Positions 17,076 through 25,487 of a DNA stretch of 64,000 bases are shown here, in pieces. The notes beneath the pieces were generated by a model, which had not been told where the DNA came from, made no database searches, and was given only the letters and a program-made list of their open reading frames with translations. The stretch is taken from contig OY969571.1 of assembly GCA_963701165.1 (NCBI GenBank), positions 1,102,599 through 1,166,598 of the forward strand, in the 5' to 3' direction. This DNA comes from an uncultured Actinomycetes bacterium (lineage in GTDB: Bacteria; Actinomycetota; Thermoleophilia; Solirubrobacterales; 70-9). Every line of letters starts with the position of its first letter. Positions within the stretch are counted from its first letter, which is position 1. A program made the translations under genes and the position numbers.

Positions 17076-17750
17076 CTAAGCGGATGACTGCGACTTCACC
17101 AATGAGACCGCCGCGCTGACGAAAAGCAAGACAGCGCCCACGAAGCAGACGAGTGCCGCGGTTCCGATACCCGCAATCAAAAGGATGACCCCGATCATCA
17201 ATGCCGCCAAGGCGAACACGCCATGCCGAAACGCTCTCCGAGCGCGGCGGCCGCTCTCTCCTATCGCTCGCCTCGTAAGCCCGGCGGTCTGCTCGGCAAG
17301 GTCGGTTGCCGTTTTCGCTGCAGCGACTCGGCTCGCAGTCGACAAACCGTGGAAGGCCCCGTCGATTTCGCTGCGCGTCCGCGCGGCGCTGACCTGATCC
17401 TTTGCCGCTGCGCACTCATGCGCTTCCAACCGCCCTTCGGCATACGCCTTCTCGAGCAGGCCGATTGCCTCTGCGCGATCCGGCGCAGAAACCCGGCGCT
17501 CGGTTGATGGAGAGCGGGCGGGGAGCGTGGGGAGACCCGCGATGGCAAAGACCTCCCCGATTTGATTTGGCGTCGCGGCCGCCTCCACGGCCGCGTAGAG
17601 CCCCGGAAGCTCGTCCTGATCAAGATGCCCCATTGATCGATGCGCCTCGAGGCGGCGAAAGGCGTCCTCGCGATCGGCGTTTGATGCGCGGAATTCCCCG
17701 CGTTGAAGCTTGCGACCCTTGACCCGCATCAATCCGATTCGGTCGAGCAT
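17076..17750 (-). CDS. DUF1707 (SHOCT-like) domain membrane protein
   Basis: Two R-x-S/A-x-x-DRE-type modules are present (RASNADREDAFRRLEAHRSMGHLDQDEL and RVSAPDRAEAIGLLEKAYAEGRLEAHE), followed by two C-terminal TM helices. Lower GC. It sits between rmlA and rmlD. Confidence 0.55.
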   Translation of the reverse strand: MLDRIGLMRVKGRKLQRGEFRASNADREDAFRRLEAHRSMGHLDQDELPGLYAAVEAAATPNQIGEVFAIAGLPTLPARSPSTERRVSAPDRAEAIGLLEKAYAEGRLEAHECAAAKDQVSAARTRSEIDGAFHGLSTASRVAAAKTATDLAEQTAGLTRRAIGESGRRARRAFRHGVFALAALMIGVILLIAGIGTAALVCFVGAVLLFVSAAVSLVKSQSSA

Positions 17751-17760
17751 CGGCTCGTAC

Positions 17761-17780
17761 CCTATAGAGACCTATAGAGA
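17761..17780. repeat. Exact tandem duplication 2 x CCTATAGAGA (two palindromic CTATAG hexamers 10 bp apart), 11 nt upstream of the DUF1707 start
   Basis: Read directly from the sequence: cctatagaga cctatagaga at 17761..17780. Confidence 0.7.
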
Positions 17781-17831
17781 GGCGACTGGCAGGCCCCAGC
17801 CCGCCCGCCCGTCGCACGGCGCTGTGGAGGC

Positions 17832-18911
17832 TTAGACGAGTTTGATCTCGGATTTGTCGCCGACCAGCAGCCGCAGGGTCTTCGGCATTCCCTCGCTGCG
17901 GGTCAGCTTCACTTCCTTGCCGAGCAGGCTCGCCTCCATCCGCGTGCCGAGGTCCTCGACCACGGAGCCGGAGAGGACGATCGAGTTCTCGACTTCGGAT
18001 CGGCGGACGTGGACGTCGTCGCCGATCGAGGTGTAGGGGCCGATGTAGGCGTCCTCGATGTGGGCGCCGGCGCCGATCACGGCGGGGCCGCGGACGACGG
18101 CGCGCTCGAGCCGGGCGCCGGGGCCGATCACGACCCGGCCCTCGACCTTGGAGGCCTCGTCGACCTCGCCCTCGATCTCGGTCACCAGCTCCTCCAGCAC
18201 GAGGCGGTTGGCCTCGAGCATGTCGGCGAGCTGGCCGGTGTCCTTCCACCAGCCGCGCACCACCTCGGAGCGGACGGTGCGGCCGTCGTCGATCAGCTTG
18301 TCGATCGCCTCGGTGATCTCCAGCTCGCCGCGCCAGGAGGGCTCCAGGGAGCGGGCGGCGTCGAAGATCGAGTTGCTGAAGAGGTAGACGCCGACCAGGG
18401 CGAGGTTCGAGGGCGGGTCCTTGGGCTTCTCGATCAGGCGCACGATGTGGCCGTCGTCGTCGAGCTCGGCGACGCCGTAGGACTGCGGGTCGTCGACCGG
18501 GGTGAGGAGGATCAGCGCCTCGGGCTGGTGCTCGCTGAAGGTGGAGACGAGGCCGCGGAGGCCGTCGCGGAGGAGGTTGTCGCCGAGATACATGACGAAC
18601 GGCGAGGTGCCGATGAACTCCTCGGCGGTCAGCACCGCGTGGGCGAGGCCGGCCGGTTTGTCCTGGACGATGTAGGTGATCTCGGCGCCGAACTGCGAAC
18701 CATCGCCGGCCGCTTCGCGGATCTCGTCCCCGGTCTCGGGGGCGATGATGATCCCGATCTCCTTGACCCCGGCGTCGACCAGCGCCTCGATCCCGTAAAA
18801 GAGCACGGGCTTGTTGGCGACGGGCACCAGTTGCTTCGCCGAGGTGTGGGTGATCGGGCGCAGGCGCGTGCCGGCACCACCCGAGAGAATCAGTCCCTTC
18901 AAGGGCTCCAT
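17832..18911 (-). CDS. rmlA: Glucose-1-phosphate thymidylyltransferase (long form, about 359 aa)
   Basis: MEPLKGLILSGGAGTRLRPITHTSAKQLVPVANKPVLFY from the ATG at 18911, with a C-terminal left-handed beta-helix region. The 108 codons upstream in the ORF track are Arg/Pro-rich and non-coding in appearance. Confidence 0.9.
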   Translation of the reverse strand: MEPLKGLILSGGAGTRLRPITHTSAKQLVPVANKPVLFYGIEALVDAGVKEIGIIIAPETGDEIREAAGDGSQFGAEITYIVQDKPAGLAHAVLTAEEFIGTSPFVMYLGDNLLRDGLRGLVSTFSEHQPEALILLTPVDDPQSYGVAELDDDGHIVRLIEKPKDPPSNLALVGVYLFSNSIFDAARSLEPSWRGELEITEAIDKLIDDGRTVRSEVVRGWWKDTGQLADMLEANRLVLEELVTEIEGEVDEASKVEGRVVIGPGARLERAVVRGPAVIGAGAHIEDAYIGPYTSIGDDVHVRRSEVENSIVLSGSVVEDLGTRMEASLLGKEVKLTRSEGMPKTLRLLVGDKSEIKLV

Positions 18912-19006
18912 GCGGGAGGGAACCCTACTGACAGTCGATAAGAGCGGCTGTTGCAGCAATGTTGCCGCACCTGGACTCGATCCGGCGAATCCGCGACCAT
19001 GGAGCC

Positions 19007-19477
19007 ATGAGCAAGGTGGACGAGCGCGCATTCGTGCCCGAGATCGACGCGGACGCCCGGCACCGGCTGAGCGTGGCGCTGGACAAGGAGGGCGTCGTCG
19101 CCGCGATGCTGATCGGGTCGCAGGCGCGGGGAGAAGCGGGACCTCTTTCGGACGTGGACGTCGCGGTCTGGCACGAGCCCGCCCTCGACTCGGATCAACG
19201 CTGGACTCTCCACCTGTCTCTGATAGGTGCCGCAACTCAGGCCCTGAAGACGGATGAGGTCGATGTCGTCATGCTGAATCACGCTCCCCCGTTGCTCAAG
19301 CATCGGGCTATCCGGGACGCGGTGCTGCTGGTAGAGCATGACCACGCCCAGCGGGTGAGCTTCGAGACGAGGGCGATCCTCGACTACCTCGACACTGCAC
19401 CCCTTCGGGTGGCGCGGAGAGAAAGTCTCGAGCGGCAATTCAAGGATGGAACTTTTGGTCGACGCCGATCGGGTTGA
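19007..19477 (+). CDS. mntA: MNT-type nucleotidyltransferase antitoxin (type VII TA)
   Basis: GSQARGEAGPLSDVDVAV matches GS-x(n)-DxD. An ATG at 19007 is preferred; the ORF opens at 18959. Confidence 0.75.
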   Translation: MSKVDERAFVPEIDADARHRLSVALDKEGVVAAMLIGSQARGEAGPLSDVDVAVWHEPALDSDQRWTLHLSLIGAATQALKTDEVDVVMLNHAPPLLKHRAIRDAVLLVEHDHAQRVSFETRAILDYLDTAPLRVARRESLERQFKDGTFGRRRSG

Positions 19478-19868
19478 GCTACGCCTCGAACGGCTGGGCC
19501 AGCTGATCGATCAGCTGGACAACGTCCAAGCTGGAGGGGAAAAGGCCTACCTGGACAACCCGGAACTCCGGGCTGCCGCCGAACGATGGCTGGAGCTTGC
19601 GATCCAGATTTGCATCGACCTGGGAACCCAGCTTGCGGTTCAACGGGGAGGCCCGATACCGGAAAGCTATGCCGAGGTCTTCACCATCCTGCAGAAGCAG
19701 GGACTAGTACCCGACCACTTGGCGTTGTCTTTGGCTGCTGCGGCAGGTCAGCGAAATCTCCTCGCCCACCTCTACCTGGAGATCGACGACAAGAAGGTCT
19801 TCGAGTCCCTCTCCAACCTCGACCGTCTACGCCAGTTTGGCGCGCTCGTCGAGAACCAGCTCGACTGA
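19446..19868 (+). CDS. hepT: HepT (DUF86) RNase toxin
   Basis: QRNLLAHLY matches R-x4-H-x-Y. The protein is 140 aa and helical, and overlaps mntA by 32 nt. Confidence 0.8.
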   Translation: MELLVDADRVELRLERLGQLIDQLDNVQAGGEKAYLDNPELRAAAERWLELAIQICIDLGTQLAVQRGGPIPESYAEVFTILQKQGLVPDHLALSLAAAAGQRNLLAHLYLEIDDKKVFESLSNLDRLRQFGALVENQLD

Positions 19869-20794
19869 GACCCGCGGTTTACATCCCAAATTTCAACGGG
19901 TCCGCCCAGCTTGGCCGGACCCTGCGCGGGCTCGCCGAGCAGACGCGGCCGGCGGACGTGGTGCTGGTCGACAACGGCTCCAGCGACGACTCGGTCGAGC
20001 TGGCGCGACGCGAGCTGCCGGAGGTGAAAGTGCTGGAGCTGGGCGAGAACCTCGGCTTCGGGCCGGCGCTGAACCGGGCGGTTGCCGCGCACCCGGCCGA
20101 CGGGGTGATTCTGCTCAACAACGACGCCGAGCCGGAGCCGCGCTTCGTCGAGGCGCTGCTGGAGGGGCTCGGCGCGGGGGTCGACGCGGTCGCCGGGGTG
20201 CTGCTGCAGGAACGGGCGCCGGAGCTGATCGACTCCGCCGGGGTCGTCGCCGACGCGACCCTGATGGGCTTCGACTACCTGCACGGCGAGCCGGCCGAGG
20301 TTGCCGTGGGGGCGGCGGACCCGCTGGGGCCGACCGGGGGCGCGGCGCTCTACCGGCGCGCCGCCTTCGAGGCGGCCGGCGGCTTCGACGAGCGGATCTT
20401 CCTCTACTACGAGGACCTCGACCTGGCGCTGCGGATGGCGGCCGGGGGCGGGCGCTGCCGGCTGGCGCCGGAGGCGCGGGCCCTGCACGCCTACTCGGCC
20501 AGCCTCGGCGCCGCCAGCGCCGCCAAGTACGCGCGGACCGGGTGGAGCCGCGGCTACATGCTGCGTCGCTACGGCGTGATGCGGAGCCCGGGCCTGGCGC
20601 TGCGCGCCCTCGCCTGCGAGGGCGCGCTTTGCGCCGGGCAGATGCTGAAAGACCGCACCGCCAGCGGCCTCAAGGGCCGCTGGCGCGGCTGGCGCGACGC
20701 CGGCGGCCTCGAGCAACGGAGCGGCAAGGGTGCGGCGCTGCTCGACCTCAGCGCCCGCGAGGCGCTGGCGCTGCGCCGGCGCCGGCGCAGCTGA
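19865..20794 (+). CDS. Family 2 glycosyltransferase; start codon unresolved (CTG at 19865 overlapping the hepT TGA, or ATG at 19586 inside hepT)
   Basis: RPAVYIPNFNGSAQLGRTL...VLVDNGSSDDS...NLGFGPALN...LLNNDAEPEP...LYYEDLDLALR. I found no ATG/GTG/TTG in frame between 19586 and the first beta-strand. Confidence 0.7.
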   Translation: MRPAVYIPNFNGSAQLGRTLRGLAEQTRPADVVLVDNGSSDDSVELARRELPEVKVLELGENLGFGPALNRAVAAHPADGVILLNNDAEPEPRFVEALLEGLGAGVDAVAGVLLQERAPELIDSAGVVADATLMGFDYLHGEPAEVAVGAADPLGPTGGAALYRRAAFEAAGGFDERIFLYYEDLDLALRMAAGGGRCRLAPEARALHAYSASLGAASAAKYARTGWSRGYMLRRYGVMRSPGLALRALACEGALCAGQMLKDRTASGLKGRWRGWRDAGGLEQRSGKGAALLDLSAREALALRRRRRS

Positions 20795-20809
20795 GCCCTG
20801 CGACCTCGT

Positions 20810-21145
20810 TCAGTCGCGGTTCAGAAACTTTCCGCGCGCCCGGCGCAGGAAGCCGAAGAGGCCGGTGCTGAGGCGGACGATCTCGATCGCCATCTCCTGG
20901 TTCTGCCGCTCCAGGCCGGCCCGGTCGGCTCGCACGTCCTCCAGCTCCGAGCGGGTTGCCTCCAACTCGGCCTGCAGCCCGTCGCGTTCCTCGAGCAGGC
21001 GACCGAGCCGGCGGGTGGTGGGCATCCCCGCCGGCCGAGGGGCGTCGGCGTAGCCAAGCGTCAGGTTGCGCACCTCGGCCGCGAGCTCCGCGTTTACGCG
21101 CAGTAGCTCCTCCACCCGCGGGTCCTCCGACCGCCGCTCACTCAT
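20810..21145 (-). CDS. Small coiled-coil protein, translationally coupled to the upstream GT4-GT2 gene
   Basis: 111 aa. Heptad-like LLEERDGLQAELEATRSELEDVRADRAGLERQNQEMAIEIVRL is followed by the amphipathic basic tail GLFGFLRRARGKF. The start overlaps the stop of 21142..23082. Confidence 0.45.
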   Translation of the reverse strand: MSERRSEDPRVEELLRVNAELAAEVRNLTLGYADAPRPAGMPTTRRLGRLLEERDGLQAELEATRSELEDVRADRAGLERQNQEMAIEIVRLSTGLFGFLRRARGKFLNRD

Positions 21146-23082
21146 CCGGGTACCTCGGCGGTCCAGCGGACGCCGTGCAGACCAATCCGTTCCTCCGATT
21201 CACTCCAGCTGCGGTCCTGCAGCTCCTGGCTGTAGCCGCGCATCAGCGAGTCGGGGAGCACCCGGTAGCGTGCCAGCCGCTCGGGGATCACGGCGCCGAA
21301 GCAGCCGCGGGAGCGCATCCACCGGTAGAGCTCCCAGTCGGAGTGCATCGACCCTTCGCGGTGGTACTCGAAGCCGAGCTCGGTAAATACGCGCCGCGGC
21401 AACATCGCCAGCGTGTCCCCGTCCCAGTTCTCCTCGTAGCCGCCGAGTACCGAGTTGCCGAGCGGAGCGAAGTTGGGATGGAGGTCGGTGTCCTCGTTGT
21501 CGGCCCCGACCATCCGCAGCCAGCAGGTGGCGTAGGCGAGCTTTGGGTCGGCGACCAGGACGGCGAGGGCGCGCTCGACGAAACTCGGCTCGAGCAGGTT
21601 GTCGGAGTCGAGCATCACCACGTACTCGCCGCGGGCAATCCTGGCCCCGAAGGTGCGGGCCGGCCCCTCGCCGGCATTGGGCTTGGTCACCACGGTCACG
21701 CGGGGATCGTCGTCGAACTCGGCCAGGACCGCGTCGTCGGGGGCGAAGGAGCCGTCGTTGACGACCAGCACCTCGACCTCCGGGTAGGTCTGGGCGAGCA
21801 GGGAGCCGACCGCTTCGCGCACGTACTCGTGGGCGCGGAAGTAGGGCACGACCCCGGTCACCAGCGGCCCTCCGGCGGCGACCGGCCTCAGCGGCACCGG
21901 CTGTGAGCGGCTGCCGAGCAGCTCGTCGTAGGCAGCGAGGATCGGCGCGGGATCGGTCAGCGCCCGCGCCCGCTCGGCCGGGCCACCGGAGTCGCGCACC
22001 CGCACCAGCTCGCCCCGGTCGGCCTCGAGCCGGCGCAGCGCCCGGCCCAGCGCGACCGGCCCGGTGCCCTCCGCGTGCCAGCCGCTGACCCCGTCCTCGA
22101 CCACCTCGACGAGGTCGCCGACCGGGCAGGCGAGCACCGGCACCCCGGCGGCAAGCGCTGTCAGCGCCACGCCCGCGGTGGCCTCGAGACGGGAGGGGGC
22201 GACGAGGAGGCCGGCGGCGGCCAGGTGGTCGCGGAGCGCCGCCGCGTCGGGGGCGGGTGCGAACTCGATCCGCCGGTCTTCGCCGCCGAAGACCTCGATC
22301 GTCTCGCGGATCGACTGGCCCATGCCTGCCGTCGTCGTGTCCTCCCCGGCCAAGGTCAGGTGCCAGCTCTCCGGCGGCAGCGACCAGCAGGCTTCGGCCA
22401 GGTCGACTACGCCCCGCGAGCGGCGCAGGTCGCCGACGAAGAGGAGCCGCAAGGGCCCGCCCGGCTCACCAGCGGCGGCGTGCTCCGGCGGCGACAGCTC
22501 GACCGCCGGCCGGATCCGCGCCCCCGGCGGCAGCGCCTCGGCGCCGTAGAAGCGGTGGTAGAGATCGAGGGAGTCGCCACCCGACCAGACCAGCCGGTCG
22601 GAGAGGCGCAACTGCTCCCGCTCGATCTCCGCCAGGCGCCTGTTGCCGGGCTGGTTCAGCGTCCCGTCCTGGAGATTGAGCAGCTCGGTGCTGGGCGAGA
22701 CGCGACTCGCGATCGTGGTCCCGGCAAGCAGCGGCTCACCGCCGCGTCGCGCCTGCAGGGGGACCAGGCCGTGGGCGCGGAAGTCCGGGGCCTCGATGTA
22801 GTCGGGGCCTTCGTCGCCGTAGAGCGACCGGATCGTCTCCATCGCCGCCGCCGAGTGGCGGTGATCCTCGCAGGCGAACTTCAGCCGCGCCAGCTCCTCG
22901 GGCAGCTCGGCGTAGACCTCGCGGAAGCCAGAGGCCGGCGGCAGCTGCGGCCACTCTTCCCCCCAGCCGCTGTGGATCAGCGTCACCTCGTGGCGTGCCG
23001 AGAGCAACGCCGCCAGGGCGCGGGGCGAGTGAGCGGTAGCCCCCGCCCGATTCGGGGCCGGGGCGATCAAGCAGACCCTCAT
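21142..23082 (-). CDS. Bifunctional glycosyltransferase (N-terminal GT4/GT-B domain, C-terminal GT2 domain)
   Basis: MRVCLIAPAP... through ...VAPSRLEATAGVALTALAAGVPVLACPVGDLVEVVEDGVSGW is GT-B with the E-x7-E region. VTGVVPYFRAHEYVREAVGSLLAQTYPEVEVLVVNDGS...MLDSDN is GT2. The ATG is at 23082. Confidence 0.8.
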   Translation of the reverse strand: MRVCLIAPAPNRAGATAHSPRALAALLSARHEVTLIHSGWGEEWPQLPPASGFREVYAELPEELARLKFACEDHRHSAAAMETIRSLYGDEGPDYIEAPDFRAHGLVPLQARRGGEPLLAGTTIASRVSPSTELLNLQDGTLNQPGNRRLAEIEREQLRLSDRLVWSGGDSLDLYHRFYGAEALPPGARIRPAVELSPPEHAAAGEPGGPLRLLFVGDLRRSRGVVDLAEACWSLPPESWHLTLAGEDTTTAGMGQSIRETIEVFGGEDRRIEFAPAPDAAALRDHLAAAGLLVAPSRLEATAGVALTALAAGVPVLACPVGDLVEVVEDGVSGWHAEGTGPVALGRALRRLEADRGELVRVRDSGGPAERARALTDPAPILAAYDELLGSRSQPVPLRPVAAGGPLVTGVVPYFRAHEYVREAVGSLLAQTYPEVEVLVVNDGSFAPDDAVLAEFDDDPRVTVVTKPNAGEGPARTFGARIARGEYVVMLDSDNLLEPSFVERALAVLVADPKLAYATCWLRMVGADNEDTDLHPNFAPLGNSVLGGYEENWDGDTLAMLPRRVFTELGFEYHREGSMHSDWELYRWMRSRGCFGAVIPERLARYRVLPDSLMRGYSQELQDRSWSESEERIGLHGVRWTAEVPG

Positions 23083-23087
23083 TGGGC

Positions 23088-24047
23088 CTACCCTCTCATC
23101 CCGAGCCAGCGCTGGGCCAGGCCGAGGTCCCCTTCGCGGCGCAGCCGCCGCCGCTCGCGCAGCAGCTCCGGCAGCCAGCGTAGGGCGGCGAGCTTGCCGC
23201 TCAGGGTCGCCCACAGCCGCCGCTGCCCCGCCGCCCGCGCCAGCGCCCCGGCCTCGACCGCGGCGATCCGCGGCAGCGCCTGCGGCGGCACGAACTTGGC
23301 CTGGGTGGCGAGGCGATTGCGGGCGACGAGCCTGGCGTTCCAGGCGCTGGGGCTAGGCGCCTCCGCCGACCAGGAGGCGTTGCCGACGTGCCAGACGACC
23401 GCCTCGGGGACGTAGGCGAAGCGCCAGCCGGCGATCCGCGCCCTGACGTTGAGGTCGACGTCCTCGTAGAAGGCGAAGTAGCGCTCGTCGTAGCCGCCGA
23501 GAGCATCGAAGAGCTGCCGCCGCAGCAGGCAGGCGGCGCCGCAGACGCCGAAGATCTCCCCCGCGGCGGCGCTGCGCGAGTCCTGCGCCTCCCCAGCCCC
23601 TTCCTCGAAGGCGCGCCCGTCGGCGCTCAGCGCCATCCCACGGCTGTAGAGGCGGGCCGTGCTGACGTCGCGCTCGCTAGCGTCCTCGAGCTGGAGGATC
23701 CGCGGCTGCACGCCGCCTAGACCGTTATCGGCGGCGAGGGACTCGGCGAGCTGGCCGACGCAGCCCGGCTCCAGGGCGGTGTCGGCGTTCAGCGCCAGCA
23801 CCGCCGGTGCTTCGGTGCGGGCGGCGCCGAGGTTGACGGCGGCGGCAAAGCCGACGTTCCGCGGCAGCGAGACGTGCGGCACCCCGCGCTCGCGCAGCAG
23901 CTCCAAGCTGGCGTCGGAGGAGCCGTTGTCGACCACCATCAGCTCCAGCTCGGCGCCCTGATCGGCGAGCGAGTCGAGGCAGCGCGGCAGCAGCCCGGCC
24001 GAGTTCCAGCTCGGGATCACAACGGCCACGCTCATCTCACTCGCCAC
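23088..24047 (-). CDS. Family 2 glycosyltransferase
   Basis: VAVVIPSWNSAGLLPRCLDSL...MVVDNGSSDAS...NVGFAAAVN...LNADT...FYEDVDLNVR. Confidence 0.8.
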   Translation of the reverse strand: MASEMSVAVVIPSWNSAGLLPRCLDSLADQGAELELMVVDNGSSDASLELLRERGVPHVSLPRNVGFAAAVNLGAARTEAPAVLALNADTALEPGCVGQLAESLAADNGLGGVQPRILQLEDASERDVSTARLYSRGMALSADGRAFEEGAGEAQDSRSAAAGEIFGVCGAACLLRRQLFDALGGYDERYFAFYEDVDLNVRARIAGWRFAYVPEAVVWHVGNASWSAEAPSPSAWNARLVARNRLATQAKFVPPQALPRIAAVEAGALARAAGQRRLWATLSGKLAALRWLPELLRERRRLRREGDLGLAQRWLGMRG

Positions 24048-24086
24048 AGATGCGCAAGCCTAGAGCGCCGATATCGTCCGCCGCCG

Positions 24087-25436
24087 ATGCGGCAAACGAT
24101 CCGGCGCTCCCTCTTCCTCGCGCCGCCAGAAGATGGACACCGCCCCAGCCCCGGCAAGCTGGCGCTGCTCGCCGGCGCCGCGATCGCCCTCGCCGTCGTC
24201 CTGCAGTTGGCCCGCCTCGGCTTCGGCGACGCGCTCGGCTCGCTCTGGGCCGAGGACGGGACGATCCTCCTCCAGGGGTCCTTCGCGGACGGCTTTCTCG
24301 AAGCTCTGTTCTCCCCCTACGCCGGCTACCTGATCCTGATCCCGCGGCTGATCGGCGAGATCGGCGACGCGGTGCCGCTGCGCGACGCCGCTGCGGCCGT
24401 CGCGATCGCCTCCGCCCTGGTCGTCGCCCTCAGCGGCCTCGTCGTCTGGATTGCCGCCGCCGGCCACATCCGCAACCCCTACCTGCGCGGCGCCCTGGTC
24501 GCCCTCACGGTGCTCTCGCCGGTCGCCTCGCTGGAGTCGGTCGCCGCCGGCTCCTACGTCCTCTGGTACATGCTCTTCGCCAGCTTCTGGGTGCTGCTCT
24601 GGACCCCGCGGACGACGGCCGGCGCGGTGCTCGGCGGCCTCTTCGTCCTCCTCACCGGCCTCAGCACGCCGGGCCTCTGGTTCTTCGCACCGCTGGCGGC
24701 GCTGCGGCTGCTCGCCGCCGTCGACCGCCGCGACACCGCGATCCTCGCCAGCTACGCGCTCGGCGCCGCCGCCCAAGTCCCGGTCCTGGCGAGCAACAAC
24801 GAGTCGGCGGTCGACCCGAGGTGGACCGCCGACATCTGGACCGGCTACCTGCAGCGCGTCCTCGATGGCGGCCTCTTCGGCGAAGCCGTCGGCGGCGTCG
24901 CCTGGGAGCAGTTCGGCTGGGTGCTGCTGGTCGCCCTGCTTGCCGCCGCGCTCGCCGCGCTCATCTACGTCGGCTGGCGCTCCTCGCCGCCGGTGCGGAT
25001 CTTCACCGCGGTCGCGGTCGGGACCTCGCTGCTGATGTATGCCGCCTCCGCCTACCAGCGGGGGGTCGGGATGGAGCTGATGTGGCCGCCGGACCGGCAC
25101 TTCGGCCACGCCGGCCGCTACGCGATCGTGCCGGCGCTGCTGCTGGCGAGCGCCGTCCTGGTCGCAATCGACCGCTGGCCGCGGCCGCTGCCGGGACCCC
25201 GGCGGCTGCCCTGGGTGGGGTGCATCGCCGTGGCCGTGATCGCGGGGGCGATCGTCAGCTCCTTCTGGGTGGGCGATGCCGATGTCCGCGGCACCCCGCG
25301 CTGGCCCGACGCGATCGACACCGCCGCGGCGAGCTGCCAGCGCCAATCCCTCGACTACGCCCCGATCCCGACCTCGCCGCCTGGTTACGCGGTGTTCGCC
25401 GACTGCCAGAGCCTCTCCGACGCCAGCCAGCGGTAG
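24087..25436 (+). CDS. Polytopic membrane protein of unknown function (about 449 aa, at least 9 TM helices; possibly GT-C-like)
   Basis: The ATG at 24087 was verified. Hydrophobic helices run throughout and the C-terminal soluble tail contains Cys. It lies immediately upstream of wzt/wzm. Confidence 0.5.
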   Translation: MRQTIRRSLFLAPPEDGHRPSPGKLALLAGAAIALAVVLQLARLGFGDALGSLWAEDGTILLQGSFADGFLEALFSPYAGYLILIPRLIGEIGDAVPLRDAAAAVAIASALVVALSGLVVWIAAAGHIRNPYLRGALVALTVLSPVASLESVAAGSYVLWYMLFASFWVLLWTPRTTAGAVLGGLFVLLTGLSTPGLWFFAPLAALRLLAAVDRRDTAILASYALGAAAQVPVLASNNESAVDPRWTADIWTGYLQRVLDGGLFGEAVGGVAWEQFGWVLLVALLAAALAALIYVGWRSSPPVRIFTAVAVGTSLLMYAASAYQRGVGMELMWPPDRHFGHAGRYAIVPALLLASAVLVAIDRWPRPLPGPRRLPWVGCIAVAVIAGAIVSSFWVGDADVRGTPRWPDAIDTAAASCQRQSLDYAPIPTSPPGYAVFADCQSLSDASQR

Positions 25437-25487
25437 CGTTCCCCCTTTCCTGGGTTTACGCCCTGAGGCAACCGCGCCGAACCCCTT

